Part shown: in pieces, positions 37,826-49,925 of the stretch
Numbering within the stretch: position 1 is the first letter of the stretch
Layout of the letters: every line of letters begins with the position of its first letter
Source of the DNA: Eledone cirrhosa
Lineage: Eukaryota
Length of the DNA: 64,000 nt
Direction of reading: 5' to 3'
Assembly (NCBI GenBank): GCA_964016885.1
Contig: OZ024740.1
Location: 334,800,001-334,864,000 of the forward strand
The notes under the pieces: generated by a model
Databases searched by the model: none
Told to the model about the DNA's origin: nothing
Seen by the model: only the letters and a program-made list of their open reading frames with translations
Translations under genes and position numbers: made by a program

Positions 37826-39027
37826 ATGTTCTGGTTTTAATTCTCGTCGAGTTTAGCTATGCTTTTCATCTTTACGGTTTCGATAAAATAAAATACCACT
37901 GAAGAACTGGGGTCGATTTAATCCCCCACACCCACAATTGCTGGCATTGTGCTTAAATCAGAAACCATTATTATTATTATTATCGTCGTTGATGATGTTA
38001 TTGTTTCTTGTTCTGGATTTATCATCAACATCCACCCTCATCATTATCGTCATCGTCATTTTAATCATCGCTTATGAGTATTCATTAGTTTATTATGGAC
38101 TATTTAATCCTGCAACGTTACATAAATGTCATCCGTAAAGTATGCCATTTTCTTTAAAGTATATCATCATGTTATGTATTTAGTTAATAAGATATAAAAA
38201 AAAAATATTTTGTTCGGTCTTGCAATCTTTGGTGATAATTTCACATACAAACCAGATGTTTTTTATTCATAAAATTTAAGTTGATATATTAATGGCTGAA
38301 TGATTATCTCTTCGTGCATGTGAATTTATATGAAGTAATTTATGTTTGTATGTATCAAGTAATTGCAGACACAATGTTCATCTCGATCAATAAATGTTTC
38401 CTATGTACACGTACAAGTATACGTCCATTTATGCAAAATGATATACATACACACTCACACATGTATATATATTGCCCCAGTAGACGTTTAAAATACTGTT
38501 TCAACAAAATTGCATATATCATCAAAACTGTATCATTGTTCTTTTTAGGGAACTATACAAATTTTTCTTCATAGTAATCATGGCATGATATTGATCCACA
38601 ATATCAATAGGTAGGTTCCAGTGACGCCATCATGTGGAATTCTTCCACATTCTGTCTTCATAAAAAAAAGAATTTATTTAGATTTTCAGTTTTATACAAC
38701 CTGATAAAACGATATAGCCATCGGTTCTTTAATTTCATAAAGATAATATTACCGTATTTCCTTTATCTATATTCAAGTCAGTCATCGTTTTAACGAATAT
38801 ACTATGGGATATAATGCAATATAATTTATCATTACACAAAAGCAAAAACAAAATAAAAACAAGTCAATAAATGAAACTAAATTTGAATTTTTTCCGAAAA
38901 GGGGCTCAAGAAGATGAACGCATCTGTTTAAAATAGCTGAGGTTTGATGTATCTAACCTGAACTTTTCATTACAATGACTCCAAATAAAGTTGGCTCCTA
39001 ACACACACCGACACACACACACACACA

Positions 39028-39132
<105 letters not shown>

Positions 39133-39133
39133 C

Positions 39134-39179
<46 letters not shown>

Positions 39180-39380
39180 CATACAAAAAGAGATGTGAAC
39201 GAATACGACAGAAGACATCAATATCATCTAACCATCAAAACCCCCATTGGCCCCCAAACTTGATTATGTACTGTGAGATTTCAACTCATTTAATTTTTTA
39301 ACAGCTCCGGGTAGAAGAAGTAATATTTCTCCTCCCTTGGAAGTTAAGTCTCTAATACAATACAGTACATTACATGTATA

Positions 39381-39483
39381 TACAGGGTGTCCCAAAAATG
39401 TTAATACATTTTGATCACATGTACAGGCAATATTTATTAGAATGCTGTGAGAAGTGTGTATACATTTTGGGGGACAACCTGTA
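39381..39483. mobile_element. Tc1/mariner-type MITE (~100 bp)
   Basis: TA-CAGGGTGTCCCAAAAATGT...ACATTTTGGGGGACAACCTG-TA terminal inverted repeats with TA flanks. Confidence 0.85.
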
Positions 39484-39806
39484 TCTATTTACTGCTCGTC
39501 TCGCGCCTTGCGTCTTTTTTTTGTATTTGACAGTAAGTGTTGGCAGTGAACATGATTCTATGCCACCAAGTGAGGCTTCGCTCTTACGAATATTATTCCC
39601 TAAAACATAAAAATATAAAAAAAAACAAAATGTATTTTTATAACGCAAATAGTGATAAATAGCACCTTTGGTCCAACTTGCTAGTTATTGTTTCCCTATA
39701 TATCTAACGAGGAGAATGACAGTGAGCTCATCATAACTGGGCGAAAATACATATAAGTATGTAACATCTCCTTCGAAAAACACACATGCACCGAAACCGG
39801 CGTATG

Positions 39807-39837
<31 letters not shown>

Positions 39838-40039
39838 GAGTGTGTACACACACACATATTTATATTTAATGGTCTCTTATATAGGCACAAGGTCAGTCAT
39901 TTTTGAGGAGGGGAAAGTCGATTAACTCGACCCCAGTGCATGAATGCTACTCCACCATCCTCTATAATAATGCAAGGACGATGTTTAAGCCTCCATTATG
40001 TTTATTTATGAATCTACAGTAACTACACGTTACACTCCC

Positions 40040-40115
<76 letters not shown>

Positions 40116-40123
40116 CTGCTTGA

Positions 40124-40159
<36 letters not shown>

Positions 40160-40600
40160 GAACGATGAATTTTGTTTACATGTATTTAAATTCTTATCGT
40201 GTAATGACTCGTTACAAGGGTTTCGCAGAGGATTTGCTTCAAGGTAACCCATAGACGTTATGTAGCCACCTCCATTATCGATCTGCTCTTCAGTGGCGAT
40301 GATACAGAAAATGTAATGTTTGGTGTGATTTGTGAAATGTTGGGTTTATATATAAGCATCAGGCCTATTTTTCTTTGTATGTGGGCGTAAGTACGTGTTG
40401 CAGTGCAATATGTATAACAACTTAGTGCGTATATATACATACGTATATTCATGTGTGCGACCATATGTGAGTGTGTCTGTGTGCGATTCATGTGTATCTG
40501 AATTGCCCGCTTGGGTGCATTTGGGTATGTAAATTGGACATTCAAAGTCTAGCCTTTGTGTAAGAAGAAAGCTGAATGGGAGGGTGACCATGAAGTAATA

Positions 40601-40795
40601 TACGAGGGCAATCCCAAAAGTAAGGTCTCCTTCCGATATTGCAACTTCCGATATTGCAACTTTTCCGTTAAAATCCTGTGGATGCTGCTTCGGGAAACCT
40701 CAGAAACCAAAATGCAGAAACCATCCAGAGTGATCCGCCGATCTTTACGCATGTTTTCCTCGGAAGGAGACCTTACTTTTGGGATTGCTCTCGTA
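40601..40795 (-). mobile_element. Miniature mariner derivative with 28-bp TIRs and a transposase fragment
   Basis: TA-CGAGGGCAATCCCAAAAGTAAGGTCTCC / GGAGACCTTACTTTTGGGATTGCTCTCG-TA. The internal peptide DRRITLD...VSRSSIHRILTEKLQYRK is mariner HTH-like. Confidence 0.88.
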
Positions 40796-41013
40796 TATAA
40801 TACCTGCGAGAAATTCGCACTTGGCGGTAGCGTTCAACGGGAGCTCCATTCTCAACGGCTGCCAAGCCAAGATTGAGAATGCAAGCGAAACGCGCGCAGG
40901 CTTCTTTGGGAGTGAAGGAAACACCAATAACAACAGTGTTGCCAACATCCGTACGAAAAGTTTCTCTGCGTCCCCATCGCTTTGGAGACCTTACTTTGTC
41001 GATTACCCTCATA
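40796..41013 (-). mobile_element. 5' end of a related mariner element (TIR, UTR, transposase start)
   Basis: A third, diverged TIR at 40984-41011. The minus-strand peptide MELPLNATAKCEFLAGI is interrupted at the TA of the miniature element. Confidence 0.75.
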
Positions 41014-41071
41014 TATATAAACAGAAAATTATGATGGAGAATCAAAACATTCTTATGAACATTATTTATTT

Positions 41072-41257
41072 AGGGCGGTGGATTGGCAGTATCGGTAGAG
41101 GGTCGGACGCCATGCTTTCCAGCATAGTTACGTCCCTTTACGATCTGAGTTCAAATCCCGCCGTGGTTGACTTTGCCTTTCATCCTTACGGGGTCAATAA
41201 AATAAAGTACCAGTAATGCACTGGGTAATTGCTGGCGTTGTGCCTAAAGTAGAAACA
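41072..41257 (+). mobile_element. Full-length SINE family A with 11-bp TSD
   Basis: ATTATTTATTT at 41061-41071 and 41258-41268; A and B boxes present. Confidence 0.92.
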
Positions 41258-41578
41258 ATTATTTATTTTTTACATAATGTGTGATCTAGATAAAAAAAAA
41301 TCCAAGGTGTATTTGCAAAATACAATTAAATTCGATCCGAAAATATCGATCTAGAATCGCTTTTGAACAAGGCATCCCATATAATATATCATACTACCCT
41401 CTCCTAAGTGATTATGCTATAATACTTAAAGTTTTGATATATATATATACATGTGTGTATGTGTGGCAGAGAGAGAGAGAGAGATAGGGAGAGAGAGAGT
41501 ACGTGTGTGTGAGAGACAAACAAAATGAATGATTTGATGAATGAATGTCTTGGTTCCGCGCGTAATAATAGTAATAAT

Positions 41579-41690
41579 GGTTTCTACTTTTGGCACAGGC
41601 CAGCAAATACCCAGTGTATTACTGGTACTTTATTTTATCGACCTCGTAAGGATGAAAGGCAAAGTTAACCTCGGCGGGATTTGAACTCAG
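41579..41690 (-). mobile_element. 5'-truncated SINE family A; other minus-strand copies at ~1066-1130, ~39883-39945, 52635-52748 and ~56870-57003
   Basis: Reverse complement of the B-box-to-tail region; TSD AGTAATAATG. Confidence 0.88.
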
Positions 41691-41803
41691 TAATAATGAA
41701 AAGCTGTATATCAAAAACCGCAATAACATGCACATATAAACTCTGCTTCTGCATTGAGTGCCTGTTTTGGGACTAATTAACTTCGACATCTACACATGTA
41801 CAC

Positions 41804-41878
<75 letters not shown>

Positions 41879-41880
<2 letters not shown>

Positions 41881-42471
41881 TGGCTGCCAACTCGTTTTCG
41901 AGTACGGCCACTACTTTATATCCATGTAGGAGAACCCCTACCGATGCGCTGAACGAGTGTGACATTTTAGTCCAGCCAGCGACTTGAAAACTCTGGTACA
42001 AACACTACACTTGTGACAATTATTGACACATAGTGCTGAGCCCATGGTTCCATGTGACGACAAGTGCAGAGAGATCTCTAGATATAAAGCAATGCCTGTG
42101 CCGTGAAACTTTTATAGTGAGCAAAGGCACTGCACAAAGCCAGTCCCACTCTCTTAACCAAGATGATATTTACCAAAAAGAAGAACAAGTCAACATCATT
42201 GGATACCGTCAGGGTTGCAGGTGTTATATCAGAGTTTTCCTTCTCCTAGAATTCTGCCTTTACAAAGGCTAAGGGGTCATCTCTCCCGGTGATTTTGGAT
42301 GGCCATTGACTCTTAAGAGCTCCTTTGCCCTTTGACAGGTTTTGTTTTTAGTCCTGCAGGATGTCCAAAGTCACCCTCCTCACCAAGAAACCTTGGTGGG
42401 GTTGCCAGTTTAGTCGCCAACGACCCGACCATGAGACAGGTTGTACTGGGATACATGTTACCAGTAGCACC
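41879..42471 (-). mobile_element. Non-autonomous bipartite RTE-derived element, copy 2
   Basis: Reverse complement of ~25400-25993 with scattered substitutions, embedded in (TA)n. Confidence 0.8.
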
Positions 42472-42593
<122 letters not shown>

Positions 42594-43123
42594 GTACTAA
42601 ACTTAATTATGTATAAATATTGGTGTTCCCGTGTGCATTGTGCGTGCACCTGCGTGTATTTGTGTTTTCAACAAAAGGCTTCCGCGCATTTAACTTTACC
42701 AGAAAAGACTCACACTTTTGATGAATTGTGCTACGGTAAAATAAGCACTTGCCGAGGGCGCTGCAGAGTGTTATGGAACACGGAACCACTGTTGTATGTG
42801 TGCTCATAATCACAGTATAAATGGTTAAACATTATGTTCACTGGCTACGTATCTAATACATTAATGTTTCGTTAAATTGCTAAGAGAAAACGGTAAACTG
42901 GAATATCTGTAAGTAGACAAGCGAAGTTCTCACTTTCAAATAATCAATAACATTATTTGATACACTGTATAGTGTACAAACCTCCGGTTGTTTTGATGAG
43001 AAAGGAAGAGATAAGGTAAGGATAAACTAAAACAAGTAGTAGAGAGTGTGTATGTCCAATCTAAAGCTATTATCAACTCTCGCATATTTCCTTCTCTCTC
43101 TCCGTGTCCTTTCTCTAGGCATG

Positions 43124-43199
<76 letters not shown>

Positions 43200-43823
43200 C
43201 GTATCTGTGTTTGTGTATAAATTTGTGTGTGTGTGTGTATGTGTGTGTGTAGCAAGTAGGAAGAGAGGAAGCGAGACCACCATACAGAGGTGCTTATATT
43301 CGTATACATATGTGAATATTGTATACAAATGAAGTAGCTCTTCATATGGAAAATAAATATAGATTTCTTTAAAATAAGATAAATATATTTCCAATACATT
43401 GACTAAACTAATGCGTGTTATTATTTACATATGGAAATTGTAGTTCATCTCTTATCTACAGCCCCTTCTGCTGTCATTTACATCCATTAATCTTACGAAT
43501 TATTCAGAGATATTACGGTATATCTTACTCTATATGTTCGGAATAGGGAATAAATGATGCTGATAATAGTTTATGGACTTGCTTTTCATGACAAAGAATT
43601 GAAAATATTTTCTATCTTTGTAAGTGAATAAGAAAATATTTTCAATCTGGTCGATTATTGATGGCGATAAAATACATTATCTGCAAATTATATGAAGTTA
43701 TTCCATATTAACAAAACACTTGAAGTCAAATTTCATGAATAACTAGTTATACATACATGCATACACACATACATGCATACATGCATGCATACATGTATAC
43801 ACACACACACACAAACACACACC

Positions 43824-43859
<36 letters not shown>

Positions 43860-43876
43860 AATATGTATGTATGTAT

Positions 43877-43912
<36 letters not shown>

Positions 43913-43928
43913 TAAAATAACAGATGAA

Positions 43929-43979
43929 AGTTTAAGCAAAGGATCGCTGCTTTCACCCTTAACGGGATCTTCTGAAACT
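43929..43979 (-). ncRNA. Hammerhead-like motif (U4A variant) in a solo Penelope terminus (43908-43979)
   Basis: AGTTT-CAGAAGA-tCCC gttaa GGGt-GAAA-GCA gcgatcctt TGC-TT-AAACT; same family as 52118-52189. Confidence 0.6.
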
Positions 43980-44067
43980 CATATTGATATATATTTATCC
44001 TTATCGAGCCCTCTTTGGATTTTAGTCTTCAAATTTATTATTATTACTATATAGAATATAGATTTTA

Positions 44068-45112
44068 TATGTGGCCGGTGCTCTGGTGCAATAATTACCA
44101 GCAAGTGCCCACAGAATACTAGCTCATTCCATTGCACAGATGGTTCTATAGTAATAGTGGACACCTTCCGTTACCTGGGTGACAAAATCAGCAGTGGGGG
44201 AGGGTGCTCTGAAAGTACAGTAGCTAGAGTCAGAACGGGATGGAAAAAGTTCATAGAGCTTATACCACTATTGGCCGTTAAAGGATTCTCTCTAAAAATG
44301 AAAGGCAGGCTGTATGATGCCTGCATACGAACAGGAATGGTACATGGCAGTGAGACATGGGCATTGTGTGCAGAGGATATACGCAAACTGGAGAGGAACG
44401 AAGCTTGCATGCTCCGCTGTATGTGTAATAGTAATATACGTGAACGCGAAAGCATAAGCGAACTAAGGGAGAAATTAGGAATAACAGGGATCAGATGTTG
44501 TTTACTCGAGAGAAGACTACGTTGGTACGGTCACGTGATGCTCATGAAAGACGACAGCTGTATAAAAAAGTACAGGGCGATAAAAATAGACGGTAGCCGC
44601 GGAGTAGGCAGACCCAGAAAAACCTGGGACGACTTGATAAATTCCGACCTCACACACTTACACCTCTCCAAGACAATCTCACTGGACCGTGATCTTTGGC
44701 GTTACACAGTAATACAGAAGACCCGTCTTACCTAAGTACAAAGCGAAACCTACATTCCGTAGGCACCTCTAACAGAAATACACCCCTGTCCCACTACCCC
44801 CACCCCATCCACACCACCCCCTTCAATGTGAAGTTATGTTGGTACCACAACATCCAGTCCGAAACAAATGAAGTCGTGTAGGTGTCACGACAAAAAGCAC
44901 ACAGTCCACGCTGTAATGTGGCAGTGTAGGTAACACGGTAAAAACCTCCCAGTCCACACTGTAAACGTGGTTGGTGTTAGGAAGGGCATCCAGCCGTAGA
45001 AAACCCTCCAGACAGTCCTATACGAGCAAGACAACCGATCTTGCCTCAAGTGGGAAAACTCCCGTCCAAACCCATGCAATCGTGGAAGATGGACGTTAAA
45101 CGATGATGATGA

Positions 45113-45115
<3 letters not shown>
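44068..45115 (+). mobile_element. 5'-truncated RTE-clade LINE: C-terminal ORF 44157-44735, 3' UTR and (GAT)n tail
   Basis: FRYLGD, GRLYDACIR..HGSETW, RRLRWYGHV, GRPRKTW; ends GGACGTTAAAC(GAT)n. Confidence 0.92.
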
Positions 45116-45145
<30 letters not shown>

Positions 45146-45596
45146 GTTAACTATTCCTTTGTGTGCATGTGTAAGAATTTTTTTTTTTTTACTGTTCTGT
45201 AACGTGAGTGTGTCTAAGTATTAACAAAAAAGTGTTAATGAATGAAGAAATGTCAAATATATTAATCGCATTATGAGAACAGAACAACTATTTGCATTTC
45301 TCTCTCTATCGACCCCCTCTCCCTCTCTCTATATCTATCTACATCCCTCTCTCTCTCGCACTCAGTCTCTTTCATTCTCTCTCACTTGACTCTATCCCAC
45401 TCTCTTTCTCCCTCTCTATAAATCTTTCTAGATAGCACCAAGGACATTAACTGCGTTTACCTTGATATTTTCATTGCTGATATTATAGGGCGATTGACCC
45501 TTTTGGCCGGCATGTCACCAATTTCTGGTGACTAGATTCGGTATTTTAACTTCAAAGATCCAGAATATGTGGTGGTATATTAAATCCCTCAATCCG

Positions 45597-45644
<48 letters not shown>

Positions 45645-45646
<2 letters not shown>

Positions 45647-45742
45647 AGATTCAGGGCCCCGACGGCTGAGCTCCGGCCGTTTCGACAGTTAGATCTAGCT
45701 GTCGAAACGGCCGGAGTTCAGCCATCGTAGTCCTGAATCTAT
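45645..45742. repeat. ~100-bp hairpin centred on AGATCT
   Basis: AGATTCAGG..GGCTGAGCTCCGGCCGTTTCGACAGTTAGA / TCTAGCTGTCGAAACGGCCGGAGTTCAGCC..CCTGAATCT. Confidence 0.88.
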
Positions 45743-46079
45743 TCATATTACCTACTCTACTACCCATCAGTTGGCTGTACAAATATTTATATGTATACCC
45801 ATTTAGAGGGGATTGTTTTCATAGAAGGTAAAATGCCATGGAATGAAATCTACTACGATGATTAAACAAAATGTCTTTCATATTGAAGAGGACGAAATTA
45901 AAAAAATAAAATATTTCAGAATGTGACATCTTTAAGGGATGAAAATCTGAAATTCCTAACATTGGCCTAGCTTTATTTTTAATTGCACAAATTTCACAGG
46001 GCCAATATATGAATAACTATTTTTTTTTATATGCCAAAAGCAATCAAACAGTCAACCATCTCGGATAGATTATATTCTG

Positions 46080-49000
46080 CTAAAGGTGTCCAAAATACAT
46101 TTATAGTTCTCCGTTGCCTGACCTTGTCTAGCCGTGTGCCTTGTTGCATGTAAGGGAAAAGGCTGGTTTGACAGGAAATTGCTTGCGTGTAAAGGTGAAA
46201 GGAAACACAAGTTCTTGAGACACATGAGGTATCCTTGGGATTAGCAACCTGGTTCCAGCATTGGGACCAAACACCTTATCAGATTCCATTACAGGATTAT
46301 GAAAACTGATGATTAATTTAGCTTGTAATGCCCGTTTAGAGCATCCATATTTCTCAGACGTGATGCAACTGCCTTTCTTCAGTTTAAATATGGGGTACGT
46401 TTGTTGAATAACACTATTAGATATTGCAGTTCATTATCTACTGTAACGGAACCTCTGTAGATTCTTTCATGGCCAGGGAACTTGTTGAACATGAACTCAA
46501 TGTTGCTGCATCATTTGTTGGTGTGATAATGGCTCTATCTGCAAGCCATAGTGGGATTTTGTAGAAGATTTGTATACACAAAATGACACAGTCCACACAC
46601 TCTACCATATTCCATTCAAAGTTCATTTCGCAGAAGAATTGTGAATGCACCTACAATTTGAACAGTTGGAATGTTACCGTTTCCCACATCAAGAAGGTAG
46701 TTTGCAAACTGTCTTTCATCAGAATCTCCTGCATTAAGTAACCGTTGATGGGTTGTCATCTCCATGGCTTCCACATAGTCCCAGAGATAAGAGCTCTTCA
46801 AGGTTGCCTCAACTATTTGTGGTCTAGCACCATTACGTACAACTGGAATAATTTGCTGTCAGTCAACAGATAGTAATACTGTTAGACGACCAAATGGCTT
46901 TTTGCAATTTCGAACATCTTTGAAACTCCTGTCAATGCATTCAAAGATATGCTTATGACCCATACATATCTCATCAATGATTAGAAGGTGCATAAGTTTA
47001 ACTGTGGAATCCTTCTTTGTGAAGAAGCAAGTTAATTCAGCAGTCACATTGAGAGCAAACCTGCATTTGGAATGAAGAGTTCTACCTCTATGAAGCAAAG
47101 TGGCTGCTATTGCAGATATGGGAGTGGCAAGTGCAATTTTTGTTTTCAGATCGGAGGTAATCAAATATGATATTGATGTCATAGATCTTTCCTGTGCCTG
47201 CACTTGCATTCAAGTAGAAAATTATACCTTCATTTTCATTTACAGAAGTGATTACTTTGTGAAAAATATCCAGTTGCTCAGGAATCAATGTTCAAATTCA
47301 TTTATGCTTGCTTGCAGTTGATGTGAATTGAAATCAGTTCCTGCCATAAGAATGCTGTTGATTTCTGATATGGCAACATTAGTTGGGTCTGGCCGAGGAT
47401 ATCCATAGTTGACATGAATGTCCCACACATCATGCTGACGTTGGATGTTCTGTAGAAACATCTGCATGGTTTACTTGGACATGACTTGCTCATGATGTTC
47501 ATACATGATATCTTCTGCAAGACAATTTTTCCATTTCTCCCAGAACTGCAGATTGTCTTTTGACATGCAGTAAAATAAAATTATGCTGAAGATCTCGCGC
47601 AGTTCAGGACCAAGCGTAATGGATGAGGCCTCTTTGTCTTTTTCTCTACCTTCATCCAACAGACCACATTTCCTGCATGCTTCTTGAAGTGTTTGAAATT
47701 CAACCTTAAATTGTACTCGAATCTTTGTATGTAGTTGAATCAGCCTTGTGATATAGGATCATCCTGAGGTAATACAATTCAGGTTGATGTCCACTGAGAA
47801 ATACTTTTAGAATGCGTCCAAGAGATTCATTCATAAATTGTTAATCACCATCAACATTCTTCTTTGCCACCTTTTGTTTGTCCAAATGAAATATTTAGGA
47901 ATATCAATATACAATATGTTTTGTGCCAGTGGGTCTCTAATATTCAGTTGAAAATATTCTGTCAATTTAACTATCGGCTGTCCCCTAGAAACAACACTTT
48001 CTCTATGCCCTCGCTCATACACGACTATTTGTTCCCCAGGTAAATGGCAAAGCAACCTTTCAACGGGTTGTTTCCGATGATGTAACGGACAGTTATAGAT
48101 TCTCCAGAATTCTTCACTGGCTGAGATGTACCATGCATTGATAAAGGGCTCAATCTCATTTTGGGCATGGACACAATTTCCCTGATCATCCTTGATAGTG
48201 GAAGTGATCTTGTCTGATCCTTTTGTGATGTATTTATATAAGTACTTAACAGCATTGACACTGTTGACAGACTCTCAATTGATGTGGTACTGATATCTCA
48301 ATGAGAGAAAAGGGTTGTATGGAACAATCCAACGATTATCAACAGTAAATTATTGACCTTTAAGTTGGATTGTATGGGTGTGATTACCATGATGTCTATC
48401 CCTCCTTCTATACTCCGGAAAGGAATTTTCGGCAACAAATGGGATTTTTCTGAATGCTTTAGGATAACATTTTGAACAATGTTTATCAGGAATCTCACAG
48501 TATACTACCTGATCAATGACATCTGCAGTTTTGGGCTTGCTATCTTCAGCCATTAACAGCAGAATATGAGAATGAGTGAGGCCTCGTTTCTACCACTCTA
48601 TTGTAGCGGAATGAGCCACAACGTTTCATAGGACCTTTTTTCAGTATTTCATCTATGAGGCTGTCATACTTGATCATGAAGTCTCTTTCACAAATATCAG
48701 GACGGCTCCTAGAGTTTTCGCTAGGGAGCAAAATATTTTTTTTATTTCATCCCAGTTAGGCTTAGTTGTGACTGTGATGATATAAGATGGCTTCCCCATG
48801 TATCGAATCACAGTCATCGAATTCTGGAAGCACTCACTGTAGAAGCGAGGGGAACCATAGACTGAAGAAGGAGGAACAATTCTCCGGCCTGCATTTACTG
48901 AATCTCCTTCAGCCATAGAATCATACGAACACTTATACTTTTGCAACTCAACTCTCGGCTTATCAAACCTTGCAAGGACAATGTTCGTTTAATTTCTAGT

Positions 49001-49240
49001 AAAGCCAGTTGTACTGAGATTTTTCTAGTGTGATGTCTCAAAAAGTCTTCAGTCAAACTTTTATCAAACAGGATTGATTGGATTGTTGAAAATGAAAATG
49101 AGTGCAAACAGCTGCCGGAGCTGCTTTGGTATATTTGTTGAAGAAGCTTCTCCAAAGCGTCCTCTCCACTCATTGTCATTTTAAACAAACTGCCACCGCT
49201 CTTCTGCTTCTTTATAATTGACGGGACTAGCAAAGGTTTC
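46080..49240 (-). mobile_element. Degenerate Helitron Rep-helicase region
   Basis: Rep: PSSVYGSPRF, ITVTTKPNWDEI, KRGLTHSHIL (HUH), YLYKYITKG. PIF1: ASAGTGK, AIAATLL..GRTLHS, LIIDEICM, KPFG, RKQFPVKPAFSLTCNKAHG. Many frameshifts. Confidence 0.92.
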
Positions 49241-49351
49241 AGTGCTAATACTGTGTGTGTGTGTGTGTATGTGTGTGTTTGTGTGTGTATGTGTCTGTGT
49301 GTGTGCGCGCCCGCGTGCGTGTCCGTGTGTATATATATATATATATATATG

Positions 49352-49505
49352 TATAAGTATAAAGCAAGTACTCAAGTGTAGAAATGCGAAGAATTCCTTA
49401 TAGCAGCCGTTGGCAACTTCTTTTTCCGTCTTTAAGCGTCTTCACCCTACTTTATAAGCAATCTTCATAGTATTTCTGCACTTGAGCACATTCCTTATAT
49501 TTATA
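49352..49505. repeat. Short fold-back (~45-bp diverged arms) between microsatellites
   Basis: AAGTACTCAAGTGTAGAAATGCGAAGAATTCCTTATA versus TATAAGCAATCTTCATAGTATTTCTGCACTTGAGCACATT. Confidence 0.75.
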
Positions 49506-49518
49506 TATATATACACAG

Positions 49519-49636
<118 letters not shown>

Positions 49637-49851
49637 ATATATATATGTAGATATATATATATTGTTATACTTGGGAAGGGTCATATTTGTGTAATATTGC
49701 CAGAATTAATAACAGAACACTTTCACTGGTTGGTTGGTTTTCGCTTTTCGCTTCTGTGTCTTTTATATCGGTAATCTAATTTATTCGGTCCTCAATGTTG
49801 CCATTGACTGACCAACGGTCAAAAAAAAGACAGATACAATATATATATATA

Positions 49852-49921
<70 letters not shown>

Positions 49922-49925
<4 letters not shown>

